NCBI RefSeq assembly: GCF_037902255.1
Contig: NZ_CP147990.1
Location: forward strand, 2,580,001-2,612,000
Length of the DNA stretch: 32,000 bases
DNA from: Candidatus Electrothrix sp. GW3-4
Lineage (GTDB): Bacteria > Desulfobacterota > Desulfobulbia > Desulfobulbales > Desulfobulbaceae
Reading direction: 5' to 3'
The position numbers and the translations under genes were made by a program. The notes beneath the pieces were generated by a model. The model did no database searches and was not told the DNA's origin. It saw only the letters and a list, made by a program, of their open reading frames with translations. This document shows positions 9,074-19,534 of this stretch, in pieces; the stretch's first letter is position 1, and the number at the start of each line of letters is the position of its first letter.

Positions 9074-11878
9074 ATGAGCGTGGGAGCAATAAAATTGCCG
9101 AGATGGAGCAATACCGGGATAACCGTGAAGTTCAGCTTGGCCTTTATGCTGCTTCTGATCCTCATTATCATGACCGCATCAACGGGATATCTTTCCCTGA
9201 CTATTATCAAAAAAGCAGAGCAACAGATCAAACACTGTGCTCGGGTGGAGCAACTCGTGCAGGAGATGGGTCGTGCTGTGGAACAGGCCCGGAGACTCCA
9301 CTGTGAATTTCTCCAGTTCTACTCAACACTCGGCCTCTCTAAGGCCCATGAACACTATGCCCAGCCCGCTGCCAGAAAAAGTGCCCAGGCAATTTTGCTC
9401 AGCATGTCCCTGCAAGAAGAGCTCTCCCGACCAGAGGTTACTGAAACGATCCAGCTGGAAAAGATAAACATTAATCTCTATCTCTCCGCAGCAAAGCGCT
9501 TTGCCGATACCTCCATTGAAACAGTCCAGCTCATCACTGAGCGGGCTGCACCTCAGCTGGGACTAGAGGCCCAACTGGAGCAGATTTCTCTTGACCTACT
9601 GAAAGAAACAGCCCCGTCCCCAAGCCAGGCCTTATTACTGACCAATGCCCTCCTCCATTCCAAAGATTATCTTGTCAGTCGGCAAAGATCGGACATGCAA
9701 TCTGCCTTTAACATCCTCTATGACCTCCGCAATACCATTACGACAGAGAACTCCCAGTCACCCCAAGATAAGGGAAATCTGTATGAAGATATCGAACAAT
9801 TTCAATCAACAGCTGAACACCTCCTTGACCTTGATCTTAAAATACGAGCAAAGCTTAATGACCTTTCTCTCCAAGAGCAGATCATTTCCCCTCTTTCTGA
9901 AGAGTTACTGAATCAAGCAAATCAACAGCTTGCGCGGGCGAGAAAAAAAATTGATCACATCAGACAACAGGCTATCTGGTTTATGATAGCTATCGGGCTC
10001 TTTGCCGTGTTCGCTACCCTGTTCATTGCCACCCTGCTCCATAAAAATATTACCGGAAAAATCATCAAATTGACCCAAGCAGCTGATGCATTCAGGACAG
10101 GCAAGATCGATATCGTCTTTCCGAGTAACGCCCATCCCTCTCCCTCTGCCTCTGCCTCTGCCTCTGGGGAGGGACAACAAAGCATGAAAGGTGACTGGGC
10201 AACTCCAAGGAATCATCGCTACTTGCATATAACGGGTCAGGATGAGTTGGCAATCCTGGCCTCCACCTTCAACCTCATGACCACCCGTATCCGGGACCTC
10301 ATCAACGATCTTGAACAAGAAGGAAAACGAAGTGAATCCTTTTATCGGAGCCTGTTCGATCACTCCAGCAGTGGCGTTGCTGTCTATGAGCCTGTCGATA
10401 ATGGAAACGACTTTATCTTTCGGGATATCAACAAGGCAGGTGAGGAAATGGATAAGGTCAGCCGTGACGCCTTGCTTGGCAGACGAATCACCGAGACCTT
10501 CCCTGCGGTTGAAGCATTCGGTCTTCTTGAGATCTTGCGCCGAGTCGACCGAACAGGAGAGCCGGACATCCTTTGCCCTGTCACTCAGTATAATGATGGA
10601 CGTGTCATCGGCTGGCGAGAGAATCGTGTCTATAAACTCCCCACAGGGGAGGTCGTTGCAGTGTATACAGATGTCACCAAAGAAAAAGAGCTTGAAGCGG
10701 AGAAGCAATGTGTTGAGGCTGAACTCCAGCGGGCCCAGAAAATGGAGGCCATAGGCCTGCTGGCCGGAGGGGTTGCCCATGACCTGAACAATATTCTCTC
10801 AGGCATCATAGGATATCCTGAACTGTTACTGATGCGCCTTCCGCAAGACAGCCCGCTGAGGCGGCCAATAGAGGTCATTCAAAAATCCGGGGAACGAGCC
10901 GCAGCTGTGGTTGCTGACCTGTTAACTGTGGCCCGAGGGGTAGCTGGTGTCCGAGAACCCACTCAACTGAACGCCATTATTCTTGAGTATCTTGATTCAC
11001 CTGAGTTTTTTAGGCTCCAGGAGTTGCATAACGAGATTGAATACCAACATGACCTGGCAACCAATTTACCCCTCATCTCCTGTTCTCCTATCCATATCAA
11101 AAAATGTATTATGAACCTGGTGCATAATGGGGCAGAGGCCGTCAACGAGAAAGGTAAAATTTCCCTTGCAACTTGTCTCGAAATTCCTCACAAGACCACA
11201 ATCAGCACCCACGGGCTCCTGCACGAGGAATATGTGGCATTCCGAGTCTGTGATACAGGACCAGGCATTCTCCAAGAGGACCTTAAGCATATTTTTGAAC
11301 CCTTTTACAGCAAGAAAAAGATGGGACGAAGCGGCACCGGTCTGGGCCTGACTGTGGTATGGAATACCATGGAAGACCATAACGGGGCTGTAATAGTGAC
11401 AAGCAACCGCAGGGGAACAACCTTTACCCTCTACTTTCCTGTAAGCAAGGAAAAAGAAGTGAAAAATCCTGCTCAGCCGGAATGCAGTGGAACGCCTTCC
11501 GGCCGTGGTGAGATCGTCCTCGTGATTGACGATGAGCCAGTGCAGAGGGATCTTGCAAAGAATCTACTGAAAGAACTCGGTTACCGGGTCGAGACTGCAC
11601 AATCAGGCGAGGAAGCCGTTACCATGCTCCAAGATAAAACAGTTGACCTGCTTCTTCTTGACATGCTCATGGAACCAGGTATCAACGGCTGTCAGACCTA
11701 TGAGCAGATTCTCAAAATCCATCCCAACCAGCGGGCAATCATAGTCAGTGGCTTTTCTGAGAGCGAAGAGGCCAAAAGGGCGTATCAACTCGGGGCAGCA
11801 CTTTTCCTGAACAAGCCCTACTCTTTGAAGAAATTGGGCTGTGCTGTCCATGAGGTATTAACTGACAGGGTCAGCTAA
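9074..11878 (+). CDS. Hybrid sensor histidine kinase (2 TM, helical extracytoplasmic domain, HAMP with insertion, PAS, HisKA, HATPase_c, REC).
   Basis: TM segments at about aa 20-45 and 300-322. HAMP runs from ITGKIIKLTQAADAF to DELAILASTFNLM. PAS: FYRSLFDHSSSGVAVYE...DVTKEKE. The H-box is [20 protein letters not shown] (His codon 10778..10780). The G-boxes are DTGPGI and GTGLGL. The receiver is VLVIDDE...LLLLDMLMPGING-like, with Asp codon 11660..11662. No SD precedes 9074, so the start is uncertain. Confidence 0.9.
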   Translation: MSVGAIKLPRWSNTGITVKFSLAFMLLLILIIMTASTGYLSLTIIKKAEQQIKHCARVEQLVQEMGRAVEQARRLHCEFLQFYSTLGLSKAHEHYAQPAARKSAQAILLSMSLQEELSRPEVTETIQLEKININLYLSAAKRFADTSIETVQLITERAAPQLGLEAQLEQISLDLLKETAPSPSQALLLTNALLHSKDYLVSRQRSDMQSAFNILYDLRNTITTENSQSPQDKGNLYEDIEQFQSTAEHLLDLDLKIRAKLNDLSLQEQIISPLSEELLNQANQQLARARKKIDHIRQQAIWFMIAIGLFAVFATLFIATLLHKNITGKIIKLTQAADAFRTGKIDIVFPSNAHPSPSASASASGEGQQSMKGDWATPRNHRYLHITGQDELAILASTFNLMTTRIRDLINDLEQEGKRSESFYRSLFDHSSSGVAVYEPVDNGNDFIFRDINKAGEEMDKVSRDALLGRRITETFPAVEAFGLLEILRRVDRTGEPDILCPVTQYNDGRVIGWRENRVYKLPTGEVVAVYTDVTKEKELEAEKQCVEAELQRAQKMEAIGLLAGGVAHDLNNILSGIIGYPELLLMRLPQDSPLRRPIEVIQKSGERAAAVVADLLTVARGVAGVREPTQLNAIILEYLDSPEFFRLQELHNEIEYQHDLATNLPLISCSPIHIKKCIMNLVHNGAEAVNEKGKISLATCLEIPHKTTISTHGLLHEEYVAFRVCDTGPGILQEDLKHIFEPFYSKKKMGRSGTGLGLTVVWNTMEDHNGAVIVTSNRRGTTFTLYFPVSKEKEVKNPAQPECSGTPSGRGEIVLVIDDEPVQRDLAKNLLKELGYRVETAQSGEEAVTMLQDKTVDLLLLDMLMEPGINGCQTYEQILKIHPNQRAIIVSGFSESEEAKRAYQLGAALFLNKPYSLKKLGCAVHEVLTDRVS
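10136..10165 (+). repeat. In-frame hexanucleotide microsatellite (CCCTCT)2(GCCTCT)3 encoding PSPSASASAS.
   Basis: Read directly: ccctct ccctct gcctct gcctct gcctct, in frame with the kinase ORF, inside the HAMP connector. Confidence 0.95.
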
Positions 11879-11893
11879 AAAGCCCTTGCAAAA

Positions 11894-12748
11894 TCACTGA
11901 GGAGAAGCAGATGCAAGCGTTGTCGGCAAAGGCGCAGGTGCCTGCACAGCAAATCCTGATGCTCTGGTTAAACTGCGCAGCGCGTTGATTCGCTGCACGG
12001 CTTCTGGATGACTGGCAAAATATCTCCCGATCCCCCTGCCCTGCTCTCCAACCTCCTCCTGCATAGCTACAAAGAACTCGGTTGCCCCACCCACATGTCC
12101 ATAGAAGCAGTTCAAGGTCTCAAGGGCCTGCCTGTCGGCCAGAGCCTCCCGCTCCTGGGAATATCGAGCCTGCCCCATCCCCAAGGCCGGGGCAATGAGC
12201 TTGGTGAGGTCAGAACCGGCCCCGGTCAGCAGAGCCGATAGGGAGGTAAAGACCAGCCCACGCCCCATAGCCCGCAGATGATCTCTGTGTTTAAAATGCG
12301 CCATCTCATGGGCAAGAACAAAGGCGAGCCCGTTTTCCGAACAAACCTTATCTAACAGCCCCTCCAAGACAATAATCCGCCCGCCAGGAAAGGCAAAGGC
12401 ATTGGCATCGTTGGATTGTGCCATACGGACCTGCAAGGGATAACCAACCTCGTTGCAACGGCCCAGTGCATCCACCAATCGTTGCAGTTCCACCCGACGA
12501 GGATCATCTTGTTTTTTATCGAACACCGTCGCCCCGGAAAACTGCATTGAGGAGAAAATGACGGCCTCCATCTCCGGCGAGATAACGCCCGCTGCCCAAT
12601 CAACAAGCAGTCCCAGACTCCAGACAGCGAGCAAAAGAAAAACCATTACCCCGGCGAGCAGGACAGCAAACTCCTTGAGAGGATGATTATGGGAAATATT
12701 ATCGTTCTGCTCCGGCAGGCCAGGCCTGTATTCCGGGGGCGGATACAT
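11894..12748 (-). CDS. M48-family zinc metallopeptidase, membrane-anchored.
   Basis: HEMAH (HExxH) lies at 12296..12310 within AFVLAHEMAHFKHRDH. Upstream are ...NAFAFPGGRIIV... and a downstream glutamate in SQEREALAD, both typical of M48. An N-terminal TM helix is present (FAVLLAGVMVFLLLAVWSLGLLV). The start lies 3 nt after the stop of the preceding gene. Confidence 0.85.
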   Translation of the reverse strand: MYPPPEYRPGLPEQNDNISHNHPLKEFAVLLAGVMVFLLLAVWSLGLLVDWAAGVISPEMEAVIFSSMQFSGATVFDKKQDDPRRVELQRLVDALGRCNEVGYPLQVRMAQSNDANAFAFPGGRIIVLEGLLDKVCSENGLAFVLAHEMAHFKHRDHLRAMGRGLVFTSLSALLTGAGSDLTKLIAPALGMGQARYSQEREALADRQALETLNCFYGHVGGATEFFVAMQEEVGEQGRGIGRYFASHPEAVQRINALRSLTRASGFAVQAPAPLPTTLASASPQ

Positions 12749-12751
12749 TTC

Positions 12752-13243
12752 TCAGGAAGCCGTTGCTGTTGCAGCAGGATCTGTTGCGGCAGGAGACAGG
12801 TACACGGCCGTGCCATAGGCCAAAACCTCCACCGCGCCCACCTGATTCTTCTTTCCCTTGGAAATAGAGGATGTCTCCAAACGCAGATTGATAATCTGAT
12901 CAGCTTGGGGGCAGGATTCCTTCATCCGCAGCACGGCCTCTCTTCTGGCCCGATCAACCAAGGTCTCGTAGGACTGGACATTTCCTCCGAAAATATTCCT
13001 CAGCCCGGCAACAATCCGTTTGAAATAATCCACAGAGATAACCACGCTGCCAGTGGCCAACTGCACCTGTTTCACCTCCCTGTCCGTAACCAAAATATGA
13101 CGCCCCGAGGTAGTTGGGATCTGCATCCACTGCCTTTCCCGCTCCATAATGGAACGATAATGCCTTTTTTCCGCGATCTTGCCAAAGACATAGCCTGCAA
13201 TCAACAAGGTGAAGAAAAATATCAGCTGAATAAGCGCGTCCAT
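12752..13243 (-). CDS. Membrane-anchored YbjQ (UPF0145/DUF74) domain protein.
   Basis: I prefer the ATG at 13243 (MDALIQLIFFFTLLIAGYVFG, an N-terminal TM helix), 4 nt after the upstream stop. The YbjQ-like core is ATGSVVISVDYFKRIVAGLRNIFGGNVQSYETLVDRARREAVLRMKE...GAVEVLAYGTAVY. The track ORF start at 13348 would overlap the upstream gene by 100 nt. Confidence 0.75.
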   Translation of the reverse strand: MDALIQLIFFFTLLIAGYVFGKIAEKRHYRSIMERERQWMQIPTTSGRHILVTDREVKQVQLATGSVVISVDYFKRIVAGLRNIFGGNVQSYETLVDRARREAVLRMKESCPQADQIINLRLETSSISKGKKNQVGAVEVLAYGTAVYLSPAATDPAATATAS

Positions 13244-13247
13244 CCCC

Positions 13248-13562
13248 TTACTCCACAGACACGGCGGTGCCGTACACATAGATCTCAGCAGCACCGGCGG
13301 CCACTGAAGATGTAGAAAAACGGACATTAACCACCGCATTGGCACCAAGCTGTTTGGCCTGGGCCTTCATCCGCCTGATCGCCTCATCCCTGGATTCCTG
13401 GAGGAGTTCAGTATAGCCTTTCAGCTCTCCACCAAAGATATTCTTGAGTCCGGCCATGATATCACGGCCTGCATGCTTTGCCCTGACCGTGCTCCCGGAA
13501 ACAAGGCCATAAAAGGCTGTAATACGTTTCCCAGGAATCTCTTCTGTATTGGTGAGTAACAT
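13248..13562 (-). CDS. YbjQ family protein (UPF0145, putative heavy-metal-binding fold), soluble, 104 aa.
   Basis: MLLTNTEEIPGKRITAFYGLVSGSTVRAKHAGRDIMAGLKNIFGGELKGYTELLQESRDEAIRRMKAQAKQLGANAVVNVRFSTS...YGTAV matches the YbjQ pattern over its full length. AAGGAGAA SD lies 6 nt upstream. Confidence 0.85.
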   Translation of the reverse strand: MLLTNTEEIPGKRITAFYGLVSGSTVRAKHAGRDIMAGLKNIFGGELKGYTELLQESRDEAIRRMKAQAKQLGANAVVNVRFSTSSVAAGAAEIYVYGTAVSVE

Positions 13563-14002
13563 GCCTCATTCTCCTTGTCTTTTTCATTAGCCCCAAGCCT
13601 CCGGGAATACAAACTCCTCTCATCTTCAACATATTACATAACGGAATTTTTACGGATTGACAATCAGTAATCAGCGTTCCCTCGAAACACAGCTTCCGTA
13701 GTTATCACGGCTGACAGCGTAGTTCAGGACAAGCCTCCGTTCGGAGACCTTTGACTATTGAATTGCGCGGCGGCCCTCCAGAGTAGTAGGTGCTCTTTTC
13801 TGCACGGTGATATTCATAATGATAACCCGATCAGTTTATGTTTTGATACAATCTGAATTCGCATAATAAGTGCATAGCCTCTATAGAAAACTGATATTCA
13901 GAAATACCTTGAGCGCAGGAGAGAGCGATTATCTACTCACGGCCAAGAGCAAAGGTCAAGGGATTAATATCAAACAAAAAAAACAAAAAACAAAGCGCGC
14001 AA

Positions 14003-17000
14003 ATGAAAAAATCGCGACCTATCGAACACGTTAAAAAGTCAATCCTTGTTTATTCCATCTTGAGTATATTGGTTTCAGGGGTAATTGTCGCCATCATTGC
14101 GATTTACCCCCTTTCTCAACACCTTAAAAAGGATGCCGAGAAAAATCTATTGGATGTGGCAAAAAGCAGAAAGCTGGCGATAGAACAATTCCTGAGCAAG
14201 CTGGAGCAGACAAGCTGGCAGATCACCAGCCACACCAAGACCCTTGAAAAACTTCAACAATATAATCAAGGAGAAGTGAGCCTGCAAGAATTCGCTGACT
14301 TGAGCAGGCCCATCCTGGAGGATGCCTTACATCTCTCCCAAGAAGCGGTGGGATGCCTCCGTTTCGACAAAAACGGAGAACCCATCGTCCAGGCCGGACT
14401 ACCTATACCGGCATCTTTCCAGGTACTGCCCAGGGGAGAGAAGGCCGAAGTGAGGATGTATGGGCCCGTCTCTATAGACCATGAGCTTTATCTCATAGTC
14501 ACCACCCCGATATTTGATCGGAACAAGACGCAGGTTGGTACAGATCTTGTTCTCTTTCAACTTGCCGAGCTGAAAACAATTGTTCAGGATCATACCGGCC
14601 CCGGGAAAAGCGAAAAAACAATCCTGGGGGTGGTCGATAATAAAGGACAGGTTCGGGTCTTTTTTCCTCTGGAAAAAATGGCAAAAGGATCTGCTGGTTA
14701 TGTTAACCTCAACTCGCCCATCGGCTCGGCTATGGAGCAGGCCACTCATCTGAGCCGGGACGAGTACAGGTTGCTTCGCCCTTCCTTTGATCGTTCTCAG
14801 GTCTTCGCTTATAGCCCTATTGCCGAGATCAACAACTGGGCGATAGTGGTACAGATGGATGCCCAAGAGCTTTATGCCCCCTTCAAACGGCAGGTAATAA
14901 CTCTTTGTTTCGTTATTTTCATCTTGCTCGTGCTGGGTACTCTGGGAACAATTTTATTGCTGCGCCCTTGGGACAAAAAAATACTTATTCATACAGAGAA
15001 ATTAGAGTTTGCTAACCAACAACTGGTCCCCGAAATCGAAGAACGTAAGCAGGCAGAAACGGTACTGCGAGACAGCGAGGAGAGGTCCCACACGCTGATC
15101 CAAAAAGTCCCGACGGCCATCGTGCTCCATGACGACCAGGGCCAAATCCTGGCCAGCAACCCTATGGCCCAGCAGCTGCTCGGCCTTTCTGAAGATCAAC
15201 TCCTCGGCAGGGCCTTGATTGATCCTAACTGGCATTTTCTGCGAGAGGATCGGTCTGTTATGCCTTTGGCAGAGTATCCGGTCAGTCGGGCACTTGCCTC
15301 GCAGCAGCCGCTCAGGGATTATGTGGTGGGTATCTGTCGGCCAGATCAGGATGAGATCACCTGGGTTTTAACGAATGCCGAACCAGATTACGATAATGCT
15401 GGCGAAATAGCCCTAATTATCGTGTCTTTTATTGATATTAGCAAGCGCAAGCAGGTAGAGGAGGCCCTGCAAGACAGCAAACGCAGACTGACAGAGGCCC
15501 AGCACCTGGCCCATCTTGGCAGTTGGGAATTGAACTTGACAAATAATATGCTGACCTGGTCCGATGAAACCTTTCAGATATTCGAAATTAACCAGAAAAA
15601 ATTTGGCGCCACCTATGAAGCCTTGCTGGAGGCAATCCATCCTGATGACCGCGAGGCGGTCAATTCCTTGTATACAAACTCCCTAAAAAACAAGACCCCC
15701 TACAGCATCGACCATCGTCTCCTTTTTCCTGATGGACGGATCAAATATGTCCATGAGCAGTGTGAGACCTTCTACGATGGCGAGATCCCCGTCCGCTCCA
15801 TAGGAACCGTACAGGACATCACGGAAGGCAAACTGACTGAAGAGGCCCTGCACCGCCTCAATCGCGAACTGCGTGCCATCAGTGACTGCAACCAGCTCTT
15901 GATGCGGGCCGATAACGAGCAGACCTTGCTCAACGAAATCTGTCGCATTATCTGTAATGAAACCGACTACCGTATGGCCTGGGTAGGATATGCGAAAAAG
16001 GATAAAGAGAAAAGCGTACGCCCAGTTGCCTGGGCCGGGGTGGAAGAGGGATATCTCGCCACCGTCAACATCACCTGGGCCGACACGGAACGTGGACGCG
16101 GCCCCACTGGCACCACCATTCGTACAGGGGAGAGTAGCTGTATCCAGGACTGCACGGCTGCCCCCAAGGCTGGCCCTTGGCGAAAGGAGATCTTGCCACG
16201 AGGCTGTCGTTCCAGCATCGCCCTGCCCCTCAAGGATGAAAACGCTGTCCCTTTTGGCGCCTTGTGTATTTATTCCATGGAGCCGAATACCTTTACCCCG
16301 GATGAAAACCGGCTCTTGGAAGAACTGGCTGGCGATCTGGCCTTTGGCATCATCTCCCTGCGCACACGCGCAGAGCTAAAGAAAGCTGTGGAGGCGTTGC
16401 AAGAAAACCAGAAGTTACTGCTAGAAGCGCAGCAAATGGCGCACATCGGCAATTGGTGGCATGATCTGATTACAGGAGAACTATATTGGTCAGACGAATT
16501 CTTCAGGATCCTTGGAATAGAACCACAGAAACCCACAAATGAACTGGCTGTCACTTTAATCCATCCCGACGACTTGCCTATCCTACAAAAGGCTATGGAA
16601 AAATCAGTCGCTGGCAAGATGGAACATGAACACGAGTTTCGGATTATCAGGCCGGATGGTGAAATTCGCTGGATCCATAACCATTGGTTCAGGATAAACG
16701 ACAAAAAAGGCAAAGAAATAAAGCGGATCGGAACACACCAGGACATTACCGAACGCAAGCGTCATGATGCAATCAATGTGGCCCGCCTGCACCTTACCCA
16801 GTTTGCAGCAACTCATTCCAAGGATGAATTGCTTGAGGAAACCCTGAAGCAAGCAGAGAAGCTGACAGGCAGCTTTATTGGTTTTTATCATTTTGTTGCA
16901 GCCGATCAAACAACGCTCACGCTCCAGAGCTGGTCTGCCAGAACCAAGGCAGAATTCTGCACGGCAGAAGGGAAAGGATTACATTACTCAATAGCGGAAG

Positions 17001-19534
17001 CAGGGGTATGGGTTGAGTGTGTCCGTCTGGGCAAGCCGGTCATTCATAATGACTGTGCTTCACTTCCTCATCGTAAGGGCATGCCGGAGGGGCATGCTCA
17101 AGTCATCCGCGAGCTTGTTGTGCCGGTCATGCGGGATGAAAAAATACAGGCAATCCTCGGTGTCGGCAACAAGGCAACAGATTATACTGAAAAAGACCAG
17201 GAGGCCCTTGCACTGCTTGCTGACCTTACCTGGGAAGTTGTTGAACGAAAACGGGCCGAGGAAAAGATACTCTGGTCAGAGCAGCGCTTACGTCTGCACA
17301 GTGAGCAGTCTCCGTTGGGTTTTTTGGAATGGGATGTGAATTTCCGGGCAGTTGAGTGGAATGCCGCCTGCGAACGGATCTTTGGTTACACCAGGGAAGA
17401 GGCTGTGGGCCAACAAGCAAAAGATCTCATCCTGCCCCCGGAGATGCATGAGTTAGGTAACGATATTTATCAGAACCTGATGAACCAGGCCAGTGGCCAA
17501 CACAGCATCAACGAGAATATCACCAAGGATGGCCGCATCATCATCTGTGAGTGGTTCAATACAACGCTGATCGACAAAGACGGAAAGCCTATTGGCGTCG
17601 CCTCGGTATGCAGGGACATCAGCGAGCAAAAGCGGATGGAACAGAAATTGATCGCCCAGGAACAGGAGTACCGGACCCTGATTGAGAATGTGCCAGACTT
17701 CATCGTCCGCTATGACTTGGATTTGCGGAGAATCTATGTCAATCCATCCTTGGAAAAGGCCAGCGGCCTGGCCGCCGGGGAAGTCATCGGGATGACTCCT
17801 GTTAATATCCCCAAAGTCTCCAGGCCTACTGTCATAGCCTATAAAGAGAAACTCCGGCAAACGATAACAACCGGAAACAAGCAGAGAGCAGAGTTCTCTT
17901 GGGTCAATACTGCGGGTGAAAAACTCGTCCTGGACTATCTCATGGTGCCGGAGTTCGATCCAAAGGGCAAGATATGTGGCGTCTTGTCCGTAGGGCACGA
18001 CATCACTGAACGCAAACAGACAGAGGAATCCATCCGCAGGCTTTCTCAGGTCGTCGAGCAAAGCCCTGTCTCTGTCATAATCACGGATCTTTCCGGAAAA
18101 ATCGAGTTTGTTAATGAAAAATTCAGCCAATTGACCGGCTACACTGCAGAGGAAGCCCTGGGCCAGAATCCAAAAATCCTTCAATCCGGTGAAACACCTG
18201 TTGAGGAATACCATCAGCTGTGGCAGACCATCAGTTCGGGCGGTGTCTGGCAGGGGGAATTCCACAACCGCAAAAAGAACGGCGAGTTATTCTGGGAGCA
18301 TGCCACTGTCTTTGCGATCAGAACAGCGGATAATCTCATCACCCATTATGCAGCGGTCAAGGAGGACATCACTGAACAAAAAATACTCGAAGAGCAGCTC
18401 CGACAAATCCAGAAGATGGAGGCGGTCGGACAACTGGCTGGTGGTGTTGCCCATGATTTTAACAACATGCTTGGAGTCATCATCGGCTATACAGAGTTGG
18501 CCCTGCTCAAGACCACCCAGGATACTTCGCTGCGCCAAGATCTTGAACAAATCCTGGCAGCGAGTCATCGTTCAGCGGAAATCACCCAGCAGTTGCTGGC
18601 ATTTGCCCGCAAACAGACGATTGCGCCCAAAGTCCTTCACCTCAACGAGACGATTGAGGGGACGCTCAAACTGCTCAGGCGCCTGATCGGTGAAGATATC
18701 GATTTGGTTTGGCAGCCAGGGGCGAAACTCTGGGCAATCAGGATGGATCCTGTTCAGATTGATCAGATTCTCGCCAACCTCTGCGTCAACGCCAGAGATG
18801 CGATTACCAGCATCGGCAGGGTCACGATCGAAACGCACAACGTCGAGCTGGACGAGACCTACTGTGCCCAACATCAGGGTTTTCTTGCAGGGGCGTATGT
18901 CTTGCTGGCAGTGAGTGATACGGGGAAGGGGATGGATAAAGCGATGGTAGATAAAATTTTCGAGCCTTTTTTCACCACCAAAGGCCTGGGTAAGGGGACA
19001 GGATTGGGTTTATCCACGGTCTACGGCATCGTCAAGCAGAATGGCGGCGTTATCAATGTGTACAGCGAACCAGGACATGGCTCAATCTTCAAAATTTATT
19101 TGCCCCGACATCGTCTCGAGACGGAACAGACAGCCAAAGAAGACCGCAAGGCCCCCGTCATTCGGGGATCAGAGACGATTCTGCTCGTTGAGGATGAAGT
19201 TGCAGTTCTGGATCTGACCAAACGGATCCTGGAAAAATTAGGATATACGGTATTGAGCTCCTTAACACCAAGTCAGGCAATCCCTATTGCAACAGAACAT
19301 TCCTCTGCGATTCACCTCCTCATAACAGATGTGATCATGCCTGAGATGACAGGGCAGGAGCTTGCGAACAACCTCACATCCCTATGCCCGTCGCTCAAAT
19401 GTCTGTTCATGTCCGGTTATACGGGCAATGTTATCGCCCATCATGGTGTTCTGGATGAAGGTGTCAATTTTATTCAAAAGCCTTTCTCAATGCAGGAATT
19501 AGGGGTAAAGATCCGTGAAGCATTGGACAAATAA
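14003..19534 (+). CDS. Giant hybrid sensor histidine kinase (1843 aa): TM, Cache-like sensor, TM, PAS, [PAS-GAF]x2, PASx3, HisKA, HATPase_c, REC.
   Basis: TM segments at about aa 13-36 and 297-320 flank a Cache-like domain of about 260 aa. Six PAS-like units each end in D(I/V)(T/S)E.K(R/Q). Two GAF-like units contain ...MAWVGYA...ALPL... and ...FYHFV...ELVVPV.... The H-box is [20 protein letters not shown] (His codon 18452..18454). HATPase motifs are DTGKGM and GTGLGLS. The receiver is ILLVEDE...[13 protein letters not shown] (Asp codon 19328..19330). There is no clear SD at 14003. Confidence 0.92.
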   Translation: MKKSRPIEHVKKSILVYSILSILVSGVIVAIIAIYPLSQHLKKDAEKNLLDVAKSRKLAIEQFLSKLEQTSWQITSHTKTLEKLQQYNQGEVSLQEFADLSRPILEDALHLSQEAVGCLRFDKNGEPIVQAGLPIPASFQVLPRGEKAEVRMYGPVSIDHELYLIVTTPIFDRNKTQVGTDLVLFQLAELKTIVQDHTGPGKSEKTILGVVDNKGQVRVFFPLEKMAKGSAGYVNLNSPIGSAMEQATHLSRDEYRLLRPSFDRSQVFAYSPIAEINNWAIVVQMDAQELYAPFKRQVITLCFVIFILLVLGTLGTILLLRPWDKKILIHTEKLEFANQQLVPEIEERKQAETVLRDSEERSHTLIQKVPTAIVLHDDQGQILASNPMAQQLLGLSEDQLLGRALIDPNWHFLREDRSVMPLAEYPVSRALASQQPLRDYVVGICRPDQDEITWVLTNAEPDYDNAGEIALIIVSFIDISKRKQVEEALQDSKRRLTEAQHLAHLGSWELNLTNNMLTWSDETFQIFEINQKKFGATYEALLEAIHPDDREAVNSLYTNSLKNKTPYSIDHRLLFPDGRIKYVHEQCETFYDGEIPVRSIGTVQDITEGKLTEEALHRLNRELRAISDCNQLLMRADNEQTLLNEICRIICNETDYRMAWVGYAKKDKEKSVRPVAWAGVEEGYLATVNITWADTERGRGPTGTTIRTGESSCIQDCTAAPKAGPWRKEILPRGCRSSIALPLKDENAVPFGALCIYSMEPNTFTPDENRLLEELAGDLAFGIISLRTRAELKKAVEALQENQKLLLEAQQMAHIGNWWHDLITGELYWSDEFFRILGIEPQKPTNELAVTLIHPDDLPILQKAMEKSVAGKMEHEHEFRIIRPDGEIRWIHNHWFRINDKKGKEIKRIGTHQDITERKRHDAINVARLHLTQFAATHSKDELLEETLKQAEKLTGSFIGFYHFVAADQTTLTLQSWSARTKAEFCTAEGKGLHYSIAEAGVWVECVRLGKPVIHNDCASLPHRKGMPEGHAQVIRELVVPVMRDEKIQAILGVGNKATDYTEKDQEALALLADLTWEVVERKRAEEKILWSEQRLRLHSEQSPLGFLEWDVNFRAVEWNAACERIFGYTREEAVGQQAKDLILPPEMHELGNDIYQNLMNQASGQHSINENITKDGRIIICEWFNTTLIDKDGKPIGVASVCRDISEQKRMEQKLIAQEQEYRTLIENVPDFIVRYDLDLRRIYVNPSLEKASGLAAGEVIGMTPVNIPKVSRPTVIAYKEKLRQTITTGNKQRAEFSWVNTAGEKLVLDYLMVPEFDPKGKICGVLSVGHDITERKQTEESIRRLSQVVEQSPVSVIITDLSGKIEFVNEKFSQLTGYTAEEALGQNPKILQSGETPVEEYHQLWQTISSGGVWQGEFHNRKKNGELFWEHATVFAIRTADNLITHYAAVKEDITEQKILEEQLRQIQKMEAVGQLAGGVAHDFNNMLGVIIGYTELALLKTTQDTSLRQDLEQILAASHRSAEITQQLLAFARKQTIAPKVLHLNETIEGTLKLLRRLIGEDIDLVWQPGAKLWAIRMDPVQIDQILANLCVNARDAITSIGRVTIETHNVELDETYCAQHQGFLAGAYVLLAVSDTGKGMDKAMVDKIFEPFFTTKGLGKGTGLGLSTVYGIVKQNGGVINVYSEPGHGSIFKIYLPRHRLETEQTAKEDRKAPVIRGSETILLVEDEVAVLDLTKRILEKLGYTVLSSLTPSQAIPIATEHSSAIHLLITDVIMPEMTGQELANNLTSLCPSLKCLFMSGYTGNVIAHHGVLDEGVNFIQKPFSMQELGVKIREALDK

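Noticed and set aside
9905-10780. A 291-aa antisense ORF inside the 934-aa kinase. Similar antisense ORFs are 17453..18265 (270 aa) in the giant kinase, 20099..20803 in the ASST-like gene, 27030..27881 in the vWA gene, 12683..13315 opposite the YbjQ genes, 6064..6666 opposite obg/proB and 30571..31323 opposite the eno-linked genes.
   Set aside because: All of them overlap genes with strong domain evidence on the other strand. All lack SD sequences and recognisable motifs, and their composition is R/G/P/S-rich, typical of shadow ORFs.
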